Source of the DNA: Sulfurospirillum sp.
Lineage (GTDB): Bacteria; Campylobacterota; Campylobacteria; Campylobacterales; Sulfurospirillaceae
DNA: 64,000 nt
NCBI GenBank assembly: GCA_045047115.1
Contig: JASFYR010000008.1
Coordinates: 64,001 to 128,000 of the forward strand
Direction of reading: 5' to 3'
A program made the translations under genes and the position numbers. The notes under the pieces were generated by a model. That model saw nothing but the letters and a program-made list of their open reading frames with translations. It had not been told where the DNA came from and ran no database searches. Shown here one piece after another: positions 29,656-37,698 of this stretch (positions are counted from its first letter, which is position 1; every line of letters starts with the position of its first letter).

Positions 29656-30273
29656 GTGATTACATTGGTTTTTTTATTAACATCTACAGTTATCATATTG
29701 GTGCCGGGTCAAGATATGATTTTGGTTATGTCTCGATCAATTTCCCAAGGACCAAAGGCGGGGATAATGACTGCTTTTGGAGTCAGTGTTGGATTGCTGG
29801 GGCATACGCTGCTGGCTACATTTGGTTTGGGTGCTCTTTTGTTGGCATCTGAATTTTTATTTGATATTGTAAAATTTATCGGTGCAGGGTATTTGGTCTA
29901 TATCGGATATCAGCTTTTAAAAACCAAAGATGACAGCATAGATACGGAAGATTTGCCAAAAGCATCTTACAAAAAGATGTTCATGCAAGGTGTGATATCA
30001 AATATAACAAATCCAAAAGTTGCGATATTTTATTTCTCATATTTACCACAGTTCGTTGTTTCAAATGATGAAAGTCAGACGATGCAACTCTTCATATTGG
30101 GATTTACATTTGCTGTTTTAACTTTTAGTATCAAAGCACCTATCGGATTTATATCAGGATTATTGTCCTTTTGGATAAAAACAAGACCTGTTGTTTTAAA
30201 ATATATACACAGAACAAGCGGTATTATTTTGATAGGATTGGGTTTTAAACTTGCATTGCAAAATAGAAGCTAG
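29656..30273 (+). CDS. LysE/RhtB family translocator
   Basis: PG.DMILV..RS..QG..AG, GA.YL.YIG, NITNPKVAIF...LPQF. Confidence 0.92.
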   Translation: MITLVFLLTSTVIILVPGQDMILVMSRSISQGPKAGIMTAFGVSVGLLGHTLLATFGLGALLLASEFLFDIVKFIGAGYLVYIGYQLLKTKDDSIDTEDLPKASYKKMFMQGVISNITNPKVAIFYFSYLPQFVVSNDESQTMQLFILGFTFAVLTFSIKAPIGFISGLLSFWIKTRPVVLKYIHRTSGIILIGLGFKLALQNRS

Positions 30274-30309
30274 GGGATAAAAACTTCTTTTATGATGATA
30301 TTTTGGATG

Positions 30310-30335
30310 ACTGACCTTGACCATACAAGGTCAGT
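30310..30335. terminator. Hairpin between convergent lysE-family and enolase genes
   Basis: ACTGACCTTG-ACCATA-CAAGGTCAGT, perfect 10-bp stem. Confidence 0.6.
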
Positions 30336-30342
30336 TTCACTG

Positions 30343-31617
30343 TTATTTCCAGTAGTATCTGGCTCTATCGCCCAGTTTGTCCTCTATCTCTAAGAGTCTG
30401 TTGTATTTTGCTAATCTTTCGCTCCTTGAGGCGGAGCCTGTTTTTAGATGGCCGGTGCCAAGGGCTACTGTAAAGTCTGCCAAAAATGTATCGCAAGTCT
30501 CTCCTGAACGGTGTGATACAAAGGCTCTCCAATTATGTTCATAGCAAAGCCTCACGGCATCTACTGTTTCGCTAACCGAGCCTATTTGATTTAGTTTGAT
30601 GAGCGATGCGTTCGCAGTGTGCTCTTTGATACCTCTTTCTATAAATTTTGTGTTAGTAACAAATATATCATCCCCGACAACCTCTATCTTGTCGCCCAAC
30701 TCTTTTGTCAATTTCTTAAATCCATCCCAATCCTCTTCGGCAAGTGGGTCTTCCCAAAGTATGATAGGGTATCTTCTTACCCACTCTTTTGCCATCTCTA
30801 TGATTTCATCACTTGTTTTTATGCCGGCACCTGACCATTTGAGGTCATACTGTCCGGATTTTCCCCCTACAAAGGATGTTGCAGCACTGTCAAGTGCGAT
30901 AGATATATCCACACCCGGTTTGTACCCGCTTTTTTCTATCGCTTTTATGATGATCTCTATCGCATCTTCATTGCTGGCAAGGTTTGGTGCAAATCCTCCC
31001 TCATCACCGACTGAAGTAGCTAAATCTTTTTCTTTTAGTAGTTTTTTAAGCGTATGAAAAGTCTCAGATACATATCTCAAGCCCTCTTTAAACGAAGGTG
31101 CTCCAAAAGGTACAGCCATAAACTCTTGTATATCTACGCTATTGTCTGCGTGTTCGCCTCCGTTTAGGATATTCATACAGGGGATAGGTATTCTGTTTGC
31201 CTCTGTGCCTCCTAGATACTCATATATCTCAAGATTATGACTTGCCGCGGCTGCCTTTGTGGTAGCCATAGATACTCCTAGAATCGCATTTGCACCTAGT
31301 TTGTCTTTGTTTTGTGTACCATCGAGATTTATGAGCAATTCATCTATCTTCATTTGCTCTGTTGCATCGATACCCATAAGAGCAGGGGCGATTGCATTAT
31401 TCACATTTTCAACAGCTCTCAATACCCCTTTTCCTCCATAGCGACTTTTGTCTCCATCTCGAAGTTCACAAGCTTCATACTCTCCCGTACTCGCCCCACT
31501 TGGAACTGATGATTTTACTTTCGTGCCATCTTCTAACTCCATAAATACTCTCACAGTCGGATTTCCTCTTGAGTCCAGTATCTCCATTGCTCTTATGTTT
31601 TTGATTTTACTGCTCAT
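30343..31617 (-). CDS. eno: Enolase (phosphopyruvate hydratase)
   Basis: EILDSRGNPTV, VPSGASTG, GDEGGFAP, IKLNQIG, SHRSGET, KTGS..RSER.AKYN; start at ATG 31617 after AAGGAAGG. Confidence 0.96.
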   Translation of the reverse strand: MSSKIKNIRAMEILDSRGNPTVRVFMELEDGTKVKSSVPSGASTGEYEACELRDGDKSRYGGKGVLRAVENVNNAIAPALMGIDATEQMKIDELLINLDGTQNKDKLGANAILGVSMATTKAAAASHNLEIYEYLGGTEANRIPIPCMNILNGGEHADNSVDIQEFMAVPFGAPSFKEGLRYVSETFHTLKKLLKEKDLATSVGDEGGFAPNLASNEDAIEIIIKAIEKSGYKPGVDISIALDSAATSFVGGKSGQYDLKWSGAGIKTSDEIIEMAKEWVRRYPIILWEDPLAEEDWDGFKKLTKELGDKIEVVGDDIFVTNTKFIERGIKEHTANASLIKLNQIGSVSETVDAVRLCYEHNWRAFVSHRSGETCDTFLADFTVALGTGHLKTGSASRSERLAKYNRLLEIEDKLGDRARYYWK

Positions 31618-31648
31618 TTCCTTCCTTTGTTGTTTTTTGTTTATTATA

Positions 31649-31813
31649 TCACTTTTTCTGGTAGAGGGAGCAGGTTGTACCACTATTTTTCTTGACTATG
31701 ATTGAAGGAATTAGTTTTGATTTGAAGCCGTAAGCCTTGCATCCATGAGGTCTGGTTTTTTCCCATGTTACATAGTAGTATTTGCATTTTTGACATATTA
31801 TCTTTTTTTCCAT
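31649..31813 (-). CDS. 54-aa four-cysteine small protein (family often labelled uracil-DNA glycosylase in automated annotation)
   Basis: Manual translation MEKKIICQKCKYYYVTWEKTRPHGCKAYGFKSKLIPSIIVKKNSGTTCSLYQKK; pattern CxxC..Y.TW...P.GC..YGFKS...P...V...SG..C. Confidence 0.8.
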   Translation of the reverse strand: MEKKIICQKCKYYYVTWEKTRPHGCKAYGFKSKLIPSIIVKKNSGTTCSLYQKK

Positions 31814-31831
31814 AAGAAATTTTACAAAAAA

Positions 31832-32248
31832 TTAGTTGAATTTTAGATTTTTTTTGACACTTTTAAAGGCATTTTTCAAATCACTTTCTTGAACATTGTC
31901 ATTTAAGTCTTTGTAGTAGCTAAATATCAAGTCATTCATGTCTTTATTCACTTCCATTCTTAGGTAGCTATTAGGAAAATTTGATAAAGTTTTTTTTGCT
32001 GCATTTTGATTACTGTTACAAACTATATTTGCTTTATATGATACCAATAAAAGATACTCGCATTTTTGTTTGAATGGATATGATTTTTCAAGAGTTTTTT
32101 GCATCTTTACATTTTTTGGAAAGATAGAAAGTTGCAGGCAAGGTATGGTTTTACTTTTGTATGATTTATCATACAGGGTAGATACAGATCTGTCATTGCA
32201 ACCTATGAAAAGAAAGAAAAGGGTAAAAGTAAGATGAAAAAGTTTCAT
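31832..32248 (-). CDS. Hypothetical lipoprotein
   Basis: Lipobox FIGC after a hydrophobic N-terminus. Confidence 0.7.
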   Translation of the reverse strand: MKLFHLTFTLFFLFIGCNDRSVSTLYDKSYKSKTIPCLQLSIFPKNVKMQKTLEKSYPFKQKCEYLLLVSYKANIVCNSNQNAAKKTLSNFPNSYLRMEVNKDMNDLIFSYYKDLNDNVQESDLKNAFKSVKKNLKFN

Positions 32249-32286
32249 AAACCAGTCTGAGGTAAATATCTTATAAGATTTCCTGA

Positions 32287-32943
32287 CTATATAAGTTGTG
32301 AGCCGTAAATAGCAGTGATTGCCAAAGTATAAGCTCCAAGCAGATAGACATTTCTAGGGTTTCCTGAAAGTTTTGGTGTTTTTATCTCTGATACATTTAA
32401 AACAGCCAATCCAACTCCGCAAATATATAGAATCATAGAAAAAGTAGCTTTATCTAAAAAGCTTTCAAATAAAAATACAAAAACTAGAAGCAGACTGTTA
32501 TTATCAAGAGCAAGCCCCGTATATTTTGTACCCCCTGCCAATCCATAGGTACTAAAATAACTTAGACGAATAGCAGCAGCAGCTAACATAAAAAATGCTC
32601 CTATTAAAAATATTGGCTCAAATTTCCCATAACTTAAAAGTAAAACAGCAGGAGCTACTCCATAACTTACTATATCTATCGTAACATCTAATTGTCCACC
32701 AAATTTTGCATCTGTGAGTGTCCTACCTTTTAGTTTTCTAGCCACCAATCCATCAGCCCAATCAAAAGCAACAGCCCAAACCATACCAATCATAGAAGCT
32801 GCATAAAGGCCTGTAATACTAAAATAAATAGCCAATACCGTACAGGCTAACCCCGAAAGTGATAAAAGATTTGGAAGGTCTTTAACATAGGATAAGATTG
32901 TTGGTTGTTTTGCTACTAAAACTGTAGAATTTTTATTTGACAT
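32287..32943 (-). CDS. CDP-alcohol phosphatidyltransferase family protein
   Basis: LPN..S, DWADGLVAR......FGGQLDVTIDIVSYG (DxxDGxxAR...GxxxDxxxD motif). Confidence 0.92.
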   Translation of the reverse strand: MSNKNSTVLVAKQPTILSYVKDLPNLLSLSGLACTVLAIYFSITGLYAASMIGMVWAVAFDWADGLVARKLKGRTLTDAKFGGQLDVTIDIVSYGVAPAVLLLSYGKFEPIFLIGAFFMLAAAAIRLSYFSTYGLAGGTKYTGLALDNNSLLLVFVFLFESFLDKATFSMILYICGVGLAVLNVSEIKTPKLSGNPRNVYLLGAYTLAITAIYGSQLI

Positions 32944-33007
32944 AAAACGGAGTCCTTTAAATAAATGGTAAATTTGTTTGAATGATGCGATATATTTAGC
33001 ATAAAAG

Positions 33008-33022
33008 TGGTATATTATACCA
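33008..33022. promoter_or_regulatory. Palindromic, overlapping extended -10 elements (candidate bidirectional promoter)
   Basis: TGGTATA-T-TATACCA reads TGGTATATT on plus and TGGTATAAT on minus, between divergent genes. Confidence 0.5.
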
Positions 33023-33037
33023 TAAATAATAATAGAC

Positions 33038-33200
33038 TTCCTGTATAGCTCCTATTTTGACACTTAGAGAGAGTTTTGTTGTCGCAAAATGCGGTAACAA
33101 ACAAGACAGATAGCTAAAAACATAGCAAAAGCTACTATTTATCTTATCCAACTGAAGTTATTTTCTCTGTAAAATGCTGAGAATAGGTGTTGTGCAAGAA
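33038..33200 (+). ncRNA. Candidate structured leader RNA or ncRNA upstream of the cytidylyltransferase
   Basis: Nested pairings 33038-33049/33189-33200, 33051-33058/33180-33187 and 33066-33074/33160-33168; hairpin 33075-33101; stem 33103-33113/33135-33145; many G-U pairs work only on the plus strand. Confidence 0.55.
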
Positions 33201-33219
33201 TGCTTAAGGAGATTATATT

Positions 33220-33633
33220 ATGCTTGTATATACTGTCGGTACTTTTGATTTGTTGCATGTAGGACATTTGGCTTTGTTGGAGTTTTGTAAAACTTTGGGG
33301 GACACTTTTGTCGTGGGTGTGGCTTCTGATGAAGTGGTAAATTCATATAAACCAAATGTTCCGGTTATCCCGTTAGAGCAAAGAATGGAGATGCTTAAAG
33401 CCCTTAAATGTGTTGATGATGTACGAGCATATCATAAGCTTGAGTATGTGTCGGCCTGTAAAGAGTTGGATGTTGACATTTTTGTAATTGGAGAGGATTG
33501 GGGAGATAAACCACACAATAAAGAAGTGGAACAATACCTTAAATCAAAAGGAAAAAAAATAGTTCAAGTTAGCTATGACCCAAAAACCTCGTCTACAAAA
33601 ATAAAACAAAAGGTTGTAAATCAACCCAGGTGA
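33220..33633 (+). CDS. HxGH cytidylyltransferase (glycerol-3-phosphate cytidylyltransferase/TagD-like)
   Basis: YTVGTFDLLHVGH, GV.SD, P...LEQR...L..L..VD.V, G.DW, SSTKIK. Confidence 0.9.
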   Translation: MLVYTVGTFDLLHVGHLALLEFCKTLGDTFVVGVASDEVVNSYKPNVPVIPLEQRMEMLKALKCVDDVRAYHKLEYVSACKELDVDIFVIGEDWGDKPHNKEVEQYLKSKGKKIVQVSYDPKTSSTKIKQKVVNQPR

Positions 33634-33692
33634 ATACCTTAAGTGGAATTTCACTATAATCTCTTTTAAAAATTTATTTTAGGAGAAAACAG

Positions 33693-35714
33693 ATGAAATG
33701 TCCAAGAGGATTCCGTGGCAACTACTTTTCGCTTGCTGCTATACTTGCTTTTAGTGCGAGTGCGACTCTGGCTGGCACAACTGCTAGCTACAATGATTCG
33801 TCATCAAACTTGCAAAAACAAGATGAGTATACTCAAAGCGAAGAGGAGACCCCGCCACAAAACGAACAGCCCATAGTTGTCATATCTAAGAAGATAAAAG
33901 TTGATGAAGCCCGTGCGCCCTTTGCGTCCGAAGTTTATACCCAGGTCAGGATCAAAAAATCTCATGCAAAAAATCTCTACGAATTTTTAAATACCCAAAC
34001 ATCTATTACAACACTGCCTGGCTTTGGAAACAAATTTTCACAAAAGATTGATTTTCGCGGATATGGAAGTGGAAATGGATATGAAAATATAGTCATAACG
34101 CTTGATGGCAGAAGATTGAACAATATAGATATGATGCCGCAACTTCTCTCATCTATACCAATAGACAGTGTTAAGAGGATTGAGATTATCAAAGGCTCAG
34201 GTTCAGTCGAGTATGGAGACGGAGCAAATGCAGGAGTGATAAATATAATCACAAAAAAGGGATACAACGGAGCAAAAATCAAGACATATTTTGGTAGCAA
34301 TGGAGTAAAATTTGGCTCACTTGGGCTTGGTATCAAAAGAGAGAAGTTTACACTCAGTGGATATGTAGACGGATATCAGGGTGATGGCGAAAAAGTGATA
34401 GCAAGCGACGGCACTAAGGATAACAGCTGGAACAGAAACAGAGCTATAAAAGGGACATTTACTCCCATCAAAAATTTAACATTTAATTTAGGAAAGACTT
34501 TCTCGAAGATGAAGTTAAAGTATGCAAATGCCTTAACTCTCACTCAGTATGAAACAGATGTGTTTACGATACCGAATCCATCCTGGGGAGTACCATACAG
34601 TGAGCAATACTTCTCCTCAGATATGCTTACTTATGGTGTCAAATATAAGATTTCACCAAAATTTACACTTACTTTACAAGGTAGTGATGAGGATAAAACA
34701 AGTGATTTTATCACTTATAACTCACGAAATGATTATGATTATAAAAGCTACAATGCAAGATTGAATTACAGCGACAAAGATTTAAAAGCTGTTTTTGGAG
34801 TACAAAAATTTGCCGGACAGAGATATAATTCTACTAAATCCACAGACAAGGACAATCTGGGCTACTATGCAAAATTTGACTATGCATTTGGTAAAAATCT
34901 CGTATCTTTTGGCATAAGAGGAGAGAGTATAAAATATAAATACACAACAGCTTCAACCAATCTGTCTGATAGAGCTTATATGGAAGCTTATGATTTGGGG
35001 TATAACTACAAACTAAACTCAATATCGTCTCTGTTTTTAAATCTCAATCAATCCTTTCAATCCCCGGATATCGACAGATTTTTTAATGCCTTTACAAATA
35101 CATTCAACGGTTTTATAAAACCTATGCGAGTAAGAACCGTAAATGCAGGATATAATTATCTGGGGTATCCTAATAAGCTCAAATTTTCCGCTTTTTACAG
35201 TTATATTGATAATGAGATATACTACAACTCTCTTACTTGGACAAATACAAACCTGGATAAAACACGAAAATATGGTTTTGAATTATATGACAGATACAAC
35301 TTCAGATACAACCTCTTTGCAACACTAAATTATGCCTTTGTAGATACAAATATAAGAGAAAATTCAAGTGATCCAAGTATCGTTGGTAGAGAAATTCCCG
35401 GAGTCTCAAAACACAATGTTAAACTCTCTTTGGGCTATAAGCCGATGTATGGAGTATCTCTGGCTTTAACACACATTTATAAATCAAAAGCTTATGCTAT
35501 GAGTGATTTTGATGGTAGTTTTGGTAAAATGGATGCTTACAACTCTACAGATCTTATGGCTAGCTACAAGTATAAAAAGTTTGATTTTTTTGTGAAAATA
35601 AACAATCTTTTTGACAGAAAAAATGCTCTTTTTGCCGATAATGGTTTTAGCATAGGCGTTTATCCGGTCAATTATGAGAGAAATTTTATGATAGGAGCTA
35701 ATGCCAAGTTTTGA
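33693..35714 (+). CDS. TonB-dependent outer membrane receptor (possibly cobalamin)
   Basis: Plug motifs (IDFRG, LDG.R, IPIDSVKRIEIIKGSGSVEYG..A.AGVINIITK), barrel end INNLFD...RNF..G..AKF with terminal Phe. Confidence 0.9.
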   Translation: MKCPRGFRGNYFSLAAILAFSASATLAGTTASYNDSSSNLQKQDEYTQSEEETPPQNEQPIVVISKKIKVDEARAPFASEVYTQVRIKKSHAKNLYEFLNTQTSITTLPGFGNKFSQKIDFRGYGSGNGYENIVITLDGRRLNNIDMMPQLLSSIPIDSVKRIEIIKGSGSVEYGDGANAGVINIITKKGYNGAKIKTYFGSNGVKFGSLGLGIKREKFTLSGYVDGYQGDGEKVIASDGTKDNSWNRNRAIKGTFTPIKNLTFNLGKTFSKMKLKYANALTLTQYETDVFTIPNPSWGVPYSEQYFSSDMLTYGVKYKISPKFTLTLQGSDEDKTSDFITYNSRNDYDYKSYNARLNYSDKDLKAVFGVQKFAGQRYNSTKSTDKDNLGYYAKFDYAFGKNLVSFGIRGESIKYKYTTASTNLSDRAYMEAYDLGYNYKLNSISSLFLNLNQSFQSPDIDRFFNAFTNTFNGFIKPMRVRTVNAGYNYLGYPNKLKFSAFYSYIDNEIYYNSLTWTNTNLDKTRKYGFELYDRYNFRYNLFATLNYAFVDTNIRENSSDPSIVGREIPGVSKHNVKLSLGYKPMYGVSLALTHIYKSKAYAMSDFDGSFGKMDAYNSTDLMASYKYKKFDFFVKINNLFDRKNALFADNGFSIGVYPVNYERNFMIGANAKF

Positions 35715-36283
35715 GAACTCTGCATATAAAACCATATCTTTGTTATAAGTTTTTAAATTCTCTTTTTTTGGGGCTTGGTGTGGGGAGTATATTTGTCTTG
35801 TATACTCCACTGCAACCCTCCGTATTTTCTCTCGGTGGAATTTTTCTAGCTGTTTCTATGTTGGTTTTGGCAAAATTTTACAGTAAGATTATGAATATAG
35901 AGGCATTTTTTTATATTACACTTCTTGTTGAAGTGGTGGTTTTGCTCTTTGTCTCGTTTTTTTTGCTCTTTAACTACTCTTATGTAACAGCACTTTTAGT
36001 CTATTTGGGCTATCAAGTTACTTTTATATTTGGAAGTTATCTGGTGAGAATGGAGACTATCGCTTTGAAAAAAACGATCCTTATCTCTGCAGCAGATGTT
36101 GTGAAGCAAAAGGGTTATCTGACCGGTTTGGTGTTTTCATATCTCTTTTATAAGATTTTGGACTATATAGGCGTAAGTGATAAGCAGATACAGGTATATG
36201 ATCTGCACATCGGACTTTTGCTTTTAGAGATAGTAATCATATTTACTATTTTTCGCTCTTTTAAAAGCTATTTGTGGGTATGA
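35711..36283 (+). CDS. Hypothetical multi-pass (MFS-half-like) membrane protein
   Basis: About six hydrophobic segments; start overlaps the receptor stop. Confidence 0.7.
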   Translation: MRTLHIKPYLCYKFLNSLFLGLGVGSIFVLYTPLQPSVFSLGGIFLAVSMLVLAKFYSKIMNIEAFFYITLLVEVVVLLFVSFFLLFNYSYVTALLVYLGYQVTFIFGSYLVRMETIALKKTILISAADVVKQKGYLTGLVFSYLFYKILDYIGVSDKQIQVYDLHIGLLLLEIVIIFTIFRSFKSYLWV

Positions 36284-36315
36284 AAATCATAAAAATAGTT
36301 CTGCAATCTTGTTTG

Positions 36316-36924
36316 TCAGTTAAGTCTGTTCGTCCTTTTTTTGAGTAGATAGTATATGATACCAATGATAGATATAAAAGAGAAGAGTATGAGTAAAATA
36401 ATATGCAGATACTCTTTTATCAAAATTTGATTTTCACCTATAAAATAGCCCAAAAGTGTGAGTATTGTCACCCATAAGCCAGCTCCTAATGCAGTGTAAA
36501 AAACGAAAAATTTTAGATTCATTCTACCCAATCCTGCGGGTAGCGAGATGTATTGTCTAACCCCGGGGATTAGTCTTCCGATAAAGGTGGAGATATTACC
36601 GTATTTCTTGAAAAATTGTTCTATTTTATCTAATTTTTGTTCGCTCATAAAGAAGTATTTTCCATATTTTACAATTAAAGCACGACCAAGTCTAAGTGCT
36701 AGGTAGTAATTAAAAAGTGCCCCTAAAACACCACCAAATACCCCTGAAAATATAGCTATATAGATATCCATATCGCCTTTAGATGCAAGATAACCAGCAG
36801 GAATCATAACAACCTCACTTGGAAAAGGGAAAAAAGAGCTTTCTAAAAACATCATAATAATAATGCCTAAATAGCCCAAGTCGCTTACCATATTTACGAT
36901 AGTGTTTATAACTTGATTTAACAT
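36316..36924 (-). CDS. DedA family membrane protein
   Basis: [42 protein letters not shown]. Confidence 0.93.
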   Translation of the reverse strand: MLNQVINTIVNMVSDLGYLGIIIMMFLESSFFPFPSEVVMIPAGYLASKGDMDIYIAIFSGVFGGVLGALFNYYLALRLGRALIVKYGKYFFMSEQKLDKIEQFFKKYGNISTFIGRLIPGVRQYISLPAGLGRMNLKFFVFYTALGAGLWVTILTLLGYFIGENQILIKEYLHIILLILFSFISIIGIIYYLLKKRTNRLN

Positions 36925-37182
36925 TTAAATTACTCGTTAACTAAAAATTTTTCTGAAATTCTACCATAAAGTCAAAAAAGTATATTTCAATTTTTGTCGC
37001 ACTGGTTTTTAGCTGTATTTAGAGTTGAGGTGCTTATGGTTGGAACAATCAATACATAAAAGAATCTTTTTATATACTGGCCTTTTTATCATTAGACTTC
37101 TTGTACAAGTCTTTTAAAAAAGGCTGTACGAAAAGCCTATTGTACAAAACAAGACCAAATATGTCAATAGATGATTTATAAC

Positions 37183-37204
37183 AGCAGGGGGTTTATCCCC
37201 TGCT
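37183..37204 (-). terminator. GC-rich hairpin downstream of the mbx operon (terminator or REP-like)
   Basis: AGCAGGGG-GTTTAT-CCCCTGCT; the U-tract is weak. Confidence 0.45.
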
Positions 37205-37227
37205 TGTTGAAGGATGGTTATAAATTG

Positions 37228-37698
37228 TTATAGATTTTTAAGTGTTCGCTCAAAGTCTCCGGCTATCTCTTCGCCTGCTTTATCTATGTCGCTGGTTGTG
37301 ACATCTATCCAGTGGATAAAAAGTGTATCATCCCTTATATCCATAGTGATAGTTCCGGGAGTCAAGGTTATACTGTTTGCAAGCATCAGTTTTTTATAGT
37401 TCTCTTTAAGATCTGTTTTTATCGCAACGATACCTGGGTTTATAGGGAGTTTTGGGTCGATTACTCTTTTTGCCACATCCCAGTTTGCCAAAATCAAAGC
37501 TTTTAAAAATGTTACCAGATATATGATATATGCAATTGGTCTAAATCTAAACTTATCACTACTTTCATAATTTTTTACATAGAGCAGGGCGATAATGAAA
37601 GAGACAACAAAGCCGGTGATTAGCTCTTGAGAACTAAAGCTCATGGTGAGTCCCATCCAAATTAAAAATAAAAACACTGTCCAAAATATAAGTCTCAT
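37228..37698 (-). CDS. mbxA: Na+/H+ antiporter subunit E (MnhE/MrpE-like; MbxA/MbsA)
   Basis: AN.DVA.RV..P.LPI.PGIV, LANSITLTPGTIT, L.IHW; ATG 37698 after GGAGG overlaps the mbxN stop. Confidence 0.88.
   Translation of the reverse strand: MRLIFWTVFLFLIWMGLTMSFSSQELITGFVVSFIIALLYVKNYESSDKFRFRPIAYIIYLVTFLKALILANWDVAKRVIDPKLPINPGIVAIKTDLKENYKKLMLANSITLTPGTITMDIRDDTLFIHWIDVTTSDIDKAGEEIAGDFERTLKNL

Noticed and set aside
31618..31830. Fluoride riboswitch upstream of enolase
   Set aside because: No matching consensus seen; the space is occupied by a 54-aa ORF.
33634..33860. Cobalamin riboswitch ahead of the TonB-dependent receptor
   Set aside because: The leader is too short and has no B12-box; the GC-richer stretch is in-frame signal peptide sequence.
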